DNA from: the human T2T-CHM13v2.0 reference genome, Homo sapiens
Assembly (NCBI RefSeq): GCF_009914755.1
Contig: NC_060933.1
DNA length: 64,000 nucleotides
Reading direction: 5' to 3' (one strand)
Positions 53,631-64,000 of the stretch are shown here, one piece after another (positions within the stretch are counted from its first letter, which is position 1; the number at the start of each line of letters is the position of its first letter). The notes beneath the pieces are model-generated. The model saw only the letters and a list, made by a program, of their open reading frames with translations. It did no database searches and was not told where the DNA came from. Position numbers and translations under genes: made by a program.

Positions 53631-55379
53631 TACATTCCATTCCATTCCGGAAGATTCCATTCCATTGCATTCCATTACATTCCATTCCCCTGTACTCGCG
53701 TTGATTCCATTCCTTTCCATTCCATTCCATTCCATTCCGTTCCGTTCCGTTCCGTTCCATTCCATTACATTCCATTCCATTCCATTCCGTTCCGTTCCAT
53801 TCCATTCCATTCCATTCTATTCGGGTTAATTCCATTCAATTCCATTCGATTGCAATCGTGTTGATTCCATTCCATTCCATTCCATTCCATTCCATTCAAT
53901 TCCATTCCGTTCCATTCCATTCCATTATATTCGGATTGATTCTACTCAACTCCCTTACTCTCCATTATATTCCATTCCATTCGGGTTGATCCATTCCATT
54001 CCATTCCATTCCACTCCATTCCATTGCACTCGGGTTTGTTCCATTCCATTCCATTCCATTCCATTCCATTCCATTCCATTCCGGAAGATTCCATTCCATT
54101 GCATTCCATTCCATTCCATTCCCCTGCACTCGCGTTGATTCCATTCCATTCCATTCCTTTCCATTCCATTCCATTCCATTCCTTTCCGTTCCATTCCATT
54201 CCATTCCATTCCATTCCATTCCATTCCGTTCCGTTCCATTCCGTTCCGTTCCGTTCCATTCCATTCCATTCCATTCTATTCGGGTTAATTCCATTCCATT
54301 CCATTCGATTGCAATCGAGTTGATTCCATTCCATTCCACTCCATTCCATTCCATTCCATTCCATTCCTTTCCATTCCATTATGGATGATTCCATTCCATT
54401 GCATTACATTCCATTCCATTCCCCTGTACTCGGGTTGATTCCATTCCATTCCATTCCATTCCATTCTATTCCATTCCATTCCATTCCATTCCGGAAGATT
54501 CCATTCCATTGCATTCCATTCCATTCCATTCCCCTGCACTCGCGTTGATTCCATTCCATTCCATTCCATTCAATTCCATTCCATTCCATTGCATTCCGAT
54601 CCGTTCCGTTCCATTCCATTCCATTCCATTCCATTCCGTTCCATTCCATTCCATTCCATTCCATTCTATTCGGGTTAACTCCATTCCATTCCATTCAATT
54701 GCAATCGAGTTGATTCCATTCCATTCCATTCCTTTCCATTACATTACGGATGATTCCATTCCATTTCATTCCATTCCATTCCATTCCCCTGTACTCGGGT
54801 TGATTCCATTCCATTCCATTCCAATCCATGCCATTCCACTCGTGTTGATTCCATTCTTTCCATTCCATTCAAGTTGAATCCATTCCATTGCATTCCATTC
54901 CATTCGATTCCATTCGATTGCACTCGGGTTGATTCCATGGCATTGCATTCCATTCCATTCCATTCCATTCCATTCCATTCCATTCCTTTCCATTCCATTC
55001 CATTCCATTCCATTCGGATTCATTCTATTCAATTCCCTTACACTCCATTCCATTCCATTCCATTCGTGTAGTTTCCATTCCATTCCATTCCATTCCTCTC
55101 CATTCCATTGCACTCGGGTTGATTCCATTCCATTCCATTCCATTCGATTCCATTCCATTCCATTCCATTCCGGATGATTCCATTCCATTTAATTCTATTC
55201 CATTCCGTTCCCCTGCACTTGGGTTGATTCCATTCCATTCCATTCCATTCCTTTCTGTTCCATTCCATTCCATTCCATTCCATTCTATTCGTGTTAATTC
55301 CGTTCCATTCTATTCCATTCCATTCCATTGAAATCGAGTTGATTCCATTCCATTCAATTCCATTCCATTCCATTCCATT

Positions 55380-58300
55380 CCATTCCATTCCGGATGATTC
55401 CATTCCATTGCATTCCATTCCATTCCATTCCCCTGCGCTCGGGTTGATTCCATTCCATTCCATTCCATTCCAGTCCTTTCCATTCCATTCCACTAGGGTT
55501 GATTCCATTCTATTAGATTCCATTCCATTCCATTCCCTTCCATTCCACTCTGGTTGATTCCATTCCTTTCCATTCCACTCGAATACTTTCCCTCCTATTC
55601 CACTCGGAACGATTCCATTCCATTCCATTCCATTGCATTCCATTCCACTCCATTCCATTCCATTCCATTTCGTTCCATTCCATTCTATTCCGTACCATTC
55701 CATTCCATTCCATTCCATTCCATTCCATTCCATTCCATTCCATTCCACTCGTGTTGATTCCATTGCTTTCCATTCCATTCGGTTTGAAGGCATTCCATTC
55801 CATTCAATTCCATTCCATTCCATTCCATTGCATTCCATTCCATTCCATTCCATTGTACTCGGGTTGATTCAATTCCATTGCATTCCATTCCATTCCATTC
55901 CATTCCGTTGCATTCCATTCCATTTCATTCGGATTGATTGTATTCAAATCCCTTACTGTCCATTACATTCCATTCCATTTGGGTTGTTCCATTCCATTCC
56001 ATTCCATTCCATTCCATTCCATACCATTCCATTCCATTCCATTCCATTCCATTCCATTCCGTTCCATTCCGTTCCATTCCATTCCATTCCATTCTATTCG
56101 GGTTAATTCCATTCCATTCCATTCCATTCCATTCCATTCCATTCTATTCCATTCCATTGCAATCGAGTTGAATCCATTGCATTTCATTCCATTCCATTCC
56201 ATTCCATTCCATTCCATTCCGGAAGATTCCATTCCATTGCATTCCATTCCATTCCATTCCCCTGCACTCGCGTTGATTCCATTCCATTCCATTCCATTCC
56301 ATTCCATTCCGTTCCGTTCCGTTCCGTTCCATTCCATTCCATTCCATTCCATTCCATTCCGTTCCGTTCCATTCCATTCCATTCCATTCCACTCTATTCG
56401 GGTTAATTCCATTCCATTCCATTCGATTGCAATCGAGTTGATTCCATTCCATTCCATTCCATTCCATTCCATTCCTTTCCATTACATTACGGATGATTCC
56501 ATTCCATTTCTTTCCATTCCATTACATTCCCCTGTACTCGGGTTGATTCCATTCCATTCCATTCCAATCCATGCCATTCCACTCGTGTTGATTCCATTCT
56601 TTCCATTCCATTCAAGATGAATCCATTCCATTACATTCCATTCCATTCGATTCCATTCGATTGCCCTCATGTTGATTCCATGGCATTGCATTCCATTCCA
56701 TTCCATTCCATTCCATTCCATTCCATTCCTTTCCATTCCATTCCATTCCATTCCATTCCATTCCTTTCCATTACATTACGGATGATTCCATTCCATTGCA
56801 TTCCTTTCCATTCCATTCCCCTGTACTCGGGTTGATTCCATTCCATTCCATTCCATTCCATTCCATGCCATTCCACTCGTGTTGATTCCATTCTTTCCAT
56901 TCCATTCAAGTTGAATCCATTGCATTGCATTCCACTGCATTCGATTCCATTCAATTGCACTCGGGTTGATTCCATTCCATTGCATTCCATTCCATTCCAG
57001 TCAATTCTGTTCCATTCCTTTCCATTACATTCGGATTGATTCTATTCAATTCCCTTACACTCCATTACATTCCGTTCCATTCGGGTAGTTTCCATTCCAT
57101 TCCATTCCATGCCTCTCCATTCCATTGCATTCGGGTTGATTCCATTCCATTCCATTCCATTCCATTCCATTCCATTCCATTCCATTACGGATGATTCCAT
57201 TCCATTGCATTACATTCCATTCCATTCCCCTGTACTCGGGCTGATTCCATTCCATTCCATTCCATACCATTCCATTCCATTCCATTCCATTCCATTCCGT
57301 TCCATTCCGTTCCATTCCATTCCATTCCATTCTATTCGTGTTAATTCCATTCCATTCTATTCCATTCCAGTCCATTGAAATCGAGTTGATTCCATTCCAT
57401 TCCATTCCATTCCATTCCATTCCGGATGATTCCATTCCATTGCATTCCATTCCATTCCATTCCCCTGCACTCGGATGGATTCCATTCCATTCCATTACAT
57501 TACATTACGTTCCATTCCGTTCCATTCTATTCTATTCGGGTTAATTCCATTCCATTCCATTCCACTCCATTCCATTCCATTCTATTCGGGTTAATTCCAT
57601 TCCATAACATTCCATTCCATTCCATTCCATTCCAATCGAGTTGATTCCATTCCATTCCATTCCATTTCACTCAATTCCAGTCCTTTCCATTCCATTCCAC
57701 TCGGGTTGATTCCATTCTATTCCTTTCCATTCCATTCCATTCCATTGCAATCGAGTTGATTCCATTGCTTTGCATTCCATTCCATTCCATTCCATTCCGG
57801 ATGATTCCTTTCCATTGCATTCCATTCCATTCCATTCCCCTGCACTCGGGTTGATTCCATTCCATTCCACTCCATTCCATTGCATTCCATTCCATTCCAT
57901 TGTATTCGGGTTGATTCCATTGCATTCCTTTCCATTCCATTCCATTCCATTCCATTCCATTACAATCGAGTTGATTCCATTCCCTTCCATTCCATTCCAG
58001 TGCTTTCCATTCCATTCCACTCGGGTTGATTCCATTCTATTAGTTTCCATTCCATTCCATTCCCTTACATTCCACTCTGGTTGATTCCATTCCTTTCCAT
58101 TCCACTCGAATACATTCCCTCCTATTCCACTCGGAACGATTCCATTCCATTCCATTCCATTCCATTCCATTCCATTCCATTTCGTTCCATTCCATTCTAT
58201 TCCGTACCATTCCATTCCATTCCATTCCACTCATGTTGATTCCATTGCTTTCCATTCCATTCGGTTTGAAGGCATTCCATTCCATTCAATTCCATTCCAT

Positions 58301-59100
58301 TCCATTCCATTCCATTCCATTCCATTCCATTCCATTCCATTGTACTCGGGTTGATTCAATTCCATTGCATTCCATTCCATTCCATTGCGTTGCATTCCAT
58401 TCCATTTCATTCGGATTGATTGTATTCAAATCCCTTACTCTTCATTACATTCCATTCCATTCGGGTTGTTCCATTCCATTCCATTACATTCCATTCCATT
58501 CCATTCCATACCATTCCATTCCATTCCATTCCATTCCATTCCGTTCCATTCCGTTCCATTCCATTCCATTCCATTCTATTCGGGTTAATTCCATTCCATT
58601 CCATTCCATTCCATTCTATTCCATTCCATTGCAATCGAGTTGAATCCATTGCATTTCATTCCATTCCATTCCATTCCATTCCATTCCGGAAGATTCCATT
58701 CCATTGCATTCCATTCCATTCCATTCCCCTGCACTCGCGTTGATTCCATTCCATTCCATTCCATTCCATTCCGTTCCGTTCCGTTCCGTTCCATTTCATT
58801 CCATTCCATTCCATTGCATTCCGTTCCGTTCCATTCCATTCCATTCCATTCCACTCTATTCGGGTTAATTCCATTCCATTCCATTCGATTGCAATCGAGT
58901 TGATTCCATTCCATTCCATTCCATTCCATTCCATTCCTTTCCCCTGTACTCGGGTTGATTCCATTCCATTCCATTCCAATCCATGCCATTCCACTCGTGT
59001 TGATTCCATTCTTTCCATTCCATTCAAGATGAATCCATTCCATTGCATTCCATTCCATTCGATTCCATTCGTTTGCACTCGTGTTGATTCCATGGCATTG
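55380..59100 (+). repeat. Diverged ~2.5 kb-spaced direct repeat (about 55.4-56.7 kb vs 57.8-59.1 kb)
   Basis: ORF offsets 2527 (55513/58040) and 2482 (55925/58407, 55938/58420). Shared private words GATTGATTGTATTCAAATCCCTTACT and CACTCTATTCGGGTT. Confidence 0.7.
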
Positions 59101-61629
59101 CATTCCATTCCATTGCATTCCATTTCATTCCATTCTATTCCTTTCCATTCCATTCCATTCCATTCGGATTCATTCTATTCAATTCCCTTACACTCCATTA
59201 CATTACATTCCATTCGGGTTGTTCCATTCCATTCCATTCCATTCAACTCCATTCCATTGCACTGGGGTTGATTCCATTCCATTCCTTTCCATTCCATTCC
59301 ATTCCATTCCGGATGATTCCATTCCATTGCATTCCGTTCCATTCCATTCCCCTGCAGTCACGTTGATTTCATTCCATTCCATTCCATTCCATTCCATTCC
59401 ATTCCATTCCATTCCATTGTACTCGGGTTGATTCCATTCCATTGCATTCCATTCCATTCCATTCCATTCCATTCTATTCCATTCCATTCCGTTGCTTTCC
59501 ATTCCATTACATTCGGATTGATTCTATTCAACTCCCTTACTCTCCATTACATTCCATTCCATTCGGGTTCTTCCATTCCATTCCATTCCATTCCACTCCA
59601 TTCCATTGCACTCGGGTTGATTCCAATCCATTCCATTCCATTCCATTCATTCCGGATGATTCCATTCCATTGCATTCCGTTCCATTACATTCCCCTGCAC
59701 TCGCGTTGATTCCATTCCATTCCATTCCATTCCATTCAATTCCATTCCATTACAATTCGTTCCATTCCATTCTATTCCATACCATTCCATTCCATTACAT
59801 ACCATTCCATTCCATTCCATTCCATTCCATTCCATTCCGTTCCATTCCGTTCCATTCCATTCCATTCCATTCTATTCGGGTTAATTCCATTCCATTCCAT
59901 TCCGTTCCATTCCATTCCATTCCATTCCATTGCATTCCATTCCGTTCCATTCCGTTCCATTCCATTCCATTCCATTCTATTCGGGTTAATTCCATTCCAT
60001 TCCATTCCATTCCATTCCATTCTATTCCATTCCATTGCAATCGAGTTGAATCCATTGCATTTCATTCCATTCCATTCCATTCCATTCCATTCCGGAAGAT
60101 TCCATTCCATTGCATTCCATTCCATTCCATTCCCCTGCACTCGCGTTGATTCCATTCCATTCCATTCCACTCCATTCCATTCCATTCCATTCTGTTCCGT
60201 TCCGTTCCATTCCATTCCATTCCATTCCATTCCATTCTATTCGGGTTAATTCCATTCCATTCCATTCGATTGCAATCGAGTTGATTCCGTTCCATTCCAT
60301 TCCATTCCATTCCATTCCATTCCTTTCCATTACATTACGGATGACTCCATTCCATTCCATTCCATTCCATTCCTTTCCCCTGTACTCGGGTTGATTCCAT
60401 TCCATTCCATTCCAATCCATGCCATTCCACTCGTGTTGATTCCATTCTTTCCATTCCATTCAAGATGAATCCATTCCATTGCATTTCATTTCATTCGATT
60501 CCATTCGTTTGCACTCGTGTTGATTCCATGGCATTGCATTCCATTCCATTCCATTCCATTCCATTCCATTCCATTCCATTCCTTTCCATTCCATTCCATT
60601 CCATTCGGATTCATTCTATTCAAATCTCTTACACTCCATTACATTACATTCCATTCGGGTTGTTCCATTCCATTCCATTCCATTCCACTCCATTCCATTG
60701 CACTCGGGTTGATTCCATTCCATTCCTTTCCATTCCATTCCCTTCCATTCCGGATGATTCCATTCCATTGCATTCCGTTCCATTCCATTCCCCTGCACTC
60801 GCGTTGATTCCATTCCATTCCATTCCATTCCATTCAATTCCATTCCATTACAATTCGTTCCATTCCATTCTATTCCGTACCATTCCATTCAATTCCATAC
60901 CATTCCATTCCATTCCATTCCATTCAGTTCCATTCCGTTCCATTCCATTCCATTCCATTCTATTCGGGTTAATTCCATTCCATTCCATTCCATTCCATTC
61001 CATTCTATTCCATTCCATTGCAGTCGAGTTGAATCCATTGCATTTCATTCCATTCCATTCCATTCCATTCCATTCCGGAAGATTCCATTCCATTGCATTC
61101 CATTCCATTCCATTCCATTCCATTCCATTCCATTCCGTTCCATTCCATTACATTCGGATTGATTCTATTCAATTCCCTTACACTGCATTCCATTCCATTC
61201 CATTCGGGTAGTTTCCATTCCATTCCATTCCATTCCTCTCCATTCCATTGCACTCGGGTTGATTCCATTCCATTGCATTCCATTCCATTCCATTCAATTC
61301 CATTCCGTTCCATTCCATTCCATTACATTCGGATTGATTCTATTCAACTCCCTTACGCTCCATTACATTCCATTCCATTCGGGTTGTTCCATTCCATTCC
61401 ACTCCATTCCATTGCACTCGGGTTGATTCCGTTCCATTCCATTCCATTCCTTTCCATTCCATTCCGGAAGATTCCACTCCATTGCATTCCATTCCATTCC
61501 ATTCCCCTGCACTCACGTTGATTCCATTCCATTCCACTCCATTCCATTCCATTCCATTCCTTTCGGTTCCATTCCATTCCATTCCATTCCATTCCATTCC
61601 GTTCCGTTCCATTCCATTCCATTCCATTC

Positions 61630-64000
61630 AATTCCATTCCGTTCCATTCCATTCCATTACATTCGGATTGATTCTATTCAACTCCCTTAGTCTCCATTAC
61701 ATTCTATTCCATTCGGGTTGTTCCATTCCATTCCATTCCATTCCACTCCATTCCATTGCACTCGGGTTTGTTCCATTCCATTCCATTCCATTCCATTCCA
61801 TTCCATTCCATTCCATTCCGGAAGATTCCATTCCATTGCATTCCATTCCATTCCATTCCCCTGCACTCGCGTTGATTCCATTCCATTCCATTCCATTCCA
61901 TTCCATTCCTTTCCGTTCCATTCCATTCCATTCCATTCCATTCCATTCCGTTCCGTTCCGTTCCGTTCCATTCCATTCCATTCCATTCTATTCGGGTTAA
62001 TTCCATTCCATTCCATTCGATTGCAATCGAGTTGATTCCATTCCATTCCATTCCATTCCATTCCATTCCATTCCATTCCTTTCCATTCCATTACGGATGA
62101 TTCCATTCCATTGCATTACATTCCATTCCATTCCCCTGTACTCGGGTTGATTCCATTCCATTCCATTCCATTCCATTCCATTCCTGATGATTCCATTCCA
62201 TTGCATTGCGTTCCATTACATTCCCCTGCACTCGCGTTGATTCCATTCCATTCCATTCCATTCCATTCAATTCCATTCCATTACAATTCGTTCCATTCCA
62301 TTCTATTCCGTACCATTCCATTCCATTGCATACCATTCCATTCCATTCCATTCCATTCCGTTCCGTTCCGTTCCATTCCATTCCATTCCATTCTATTCGG
62401 ATTAATTCCATTCCATTCCATTCCATTCCATTCTATTCCATTCCATTGCAATCGAGTTGAATCCATTGCATTTCATTCCATTCCATTCCATTCCATTCCA
62501 TTCCGGAAGATTCCATTCCATTGCATTCCATTCCATTCCATTCCCCTGCGTTCGCGTTGATTCCATTCCATTCCATTCCATTCCATTTCGTTCCGTTCCA
62601 TTCCATTCCATTCCATTCCATTCCGTTCCGTTCCATTCCATTCCATACCATTCTATTCGGGTTAATTCCATTCCATTCCATTCGATTGCAATCGAGTTGA
62701 TTCCATTCCATTCCATTCCATTCCATTCCATTCCATTCCATTCCATTCCTTTCCATTCCATTACGGATGATTCCATTCCATTGCATTCCATTCCATTCCA
62801 TTCCCCTGTACTCGGGTTGATTCCATTCCATTCCATTCCAATCCATGCCATTCCACTCGTGTTGATTCCATTCTTTCCATTCCATTCAAGTTGATTCCAT
62901 TCCATTGCATTCCATTCCATTCGATTCCATTCGATTGCACTCGGGTTGATTCCATTCCATTGCATTCCATTCCATTCCATTCGATTCCATTCCATTCCAT
63001 TCCGTTCCATTCCATTCCATTCCATTCGGATTGATTCTATTCAATTCCCTTACACTCCATTACATTACATTCCATTCGGGTAGTTTCCATTCCATTCCAT
63101 TCCATTCCTCTCCATTCCATTGCACTCGGGTTGATTCCATTCCATTGCATTCCATTCCATTCCATTCAATTCTATTCCGTTCCATTCCATTCCATTACAT
63201 TCGGATTGATTCTATTCAACTCCCTTACTCTCCATTATATTCCATTCCATTCGGGTTGTTCCATTCCATTCCATTCCATTCCACTCCATTCCATTTGACT
63301 CGGGTTTATTCCATTCCATTCCATTCCATTCCATTCCATTCCATTCCGGAAGATGCCATTCCATTGCATTCCATTCCATTCCATTCCCCTGCACTCGCGT
63401 TGATTCTATTCTATTCCATTCTATTCCATTCCATTCCCTTCCTTTCCGTTCCATTCCATTCCATTCCATTCCATTCCATTCCATTCCATTCCGTTCCGTT
63501 CCGTTCCATTCCATTCCATTCCATTCTATTCGGGTTAATTCCATTCCATTCCATTCGATTGCAATCGAGTGGATTCCATTCCATTCCATTCCATTCCATT
63601 CCATTCCTTTCCATTCCATTACGGATGATTCCATTCCATTGCATTCCATTCCATTCCATTCCCCTGTACTCGGGTTGATTCCATTCCATTCCATTCCAAT
63701 CCATGCCCTTCCACTCGTGTTGATTCCATTATTTCCATTCCATTCTAGTTGAATCCATTCCATTGCATTCCATTCCATTCGATTCCATTCGATTGCACTC
63801 GGGTTGATTCCATTCCATTGCATTCCATTCCATTCCATTCCATTCCATTCCATTCCATTCCATTCCATTCCATTCCGTTCCATTCCATTCCATTACATTC
63901 GGATTGATTCTATTCAACTCCCTTACTCTCCATTACATTCGATTCCATTCGGGTTGTTCCATTCCATTCCATTCCATTCCACTCCATTCCATTGCACTCG
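61630..64000 (+). repeat. ~2.3 kb block, copy B (truncated by the window end)
   Basis: Colinear with about 51290-53630, with more substitutions than in the 6.1 and 10.67 kb pairs. Confidence 0.85.

Larger units (their letters stand above)
1..64000 (+). repeat. Human satellite 3 (HSat3 / Satellite III)-type (CATTC)n pentamer satellite array, C-rich strand on +; continues beyond both window ends
   Basis: Seen: CATTC pentamer dominates every line, interspersed with ACTCGGGTTG/ATTCGGGTTG and related words (GGATG, GGTTA, AGTTG). Established: this decamer within (CATTC)n is the classical Sat3 signature; HSat2 would instead be dominated by CATTCGATTC/GATGAT 23-26 bp units. Subfamily, chromosome and species (human vs other great ape) cannot be determined by eye. 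Confidence 0.96.
23051..64000 (+). repeat. HSat3 domain R (right sequence dialect) built from ~0.6-1.1 kb variable subunits
   Basis: New words first appear at about 23068 (TTACGGATG), 23416 (CTCGCGTTG), 23882 (TCGATTGCAATCGA) and 24081 (TCAAGTTGAA). Also CAACTCCCTTACTCTCC, GGGTTGTTCC and (TTCCG)n runs. Register shifts are frequent (about 70 in 41 kb). Confidence 0.8.

Noticed and set aside
1-64000. Transposon insertion, alpha satellite/CENP-B box, telomeric repeat or strand inversion
   Set aside because: I saw no departure from the pentamer frame longer than about 35 bp, no poly-A tail or target-site duplication, no 171-bp alphoid monomer, no (TTAGGG)n run (only isolated TTAGGG within CTATTAGGGTTAA) and no GGAAT-strand segment on +.
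1-64000. Assignment to a named locus (9q12, D15Z1, DYZ1 or an acrocentric short arm)
   Set aside because: No regular 1.8 kb or 3.6 kb period is visible, and I cannot run the subfamily k-mer or genome search needed, so any assignment would be a guess.

Overview
The whole 64 kb window is an uninterrupted, single-orientation (CATTC)n/(GAATG)n pentamer satellite with interspersed A(T/C)TCGGGTTG variant words, i.e. classical human satellite 3 (HSat3/Sat III) of hominid pericentromeric or acrocentric heterochromatin. I see no genes, RNA genes, transposon insertions, alpha satellite, CRISPR array or strand inversion, and the listed ORFs are artefacts of a stop-free pentamer. The information lies in the variant words. 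There are two sequence dialects that switch at about 23.05 kb, a recent ~6.1 kb tandem duplication (7.3-19.5 kb), a recent ~10.67 kb tandem duplication (23.1-44.4 kb), a diverged island at 44.4-46.2 kb and a ~10.36 kb-spaced repeat running off the right end. The most interesting observations are (1) about 29 perfect heat-shock elements (nTTCnnGAAnnTTCn) that differ from the common GGATG word by GGAAG/GGAAA and become much denser to the right, (2) about 79 pentamer register shifts that all go the same way (-1 mod 5), (3) an invariant 175-bp spacing between paired landmark modules and (4) a recurrent 14-bp palindrome. Counts and boundaries were made by eye and from ORF-track offsets and need computational confirmation. 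I cannot assign chromosome, subfamily or species, and I do not see evidence of a new protein-coding system.
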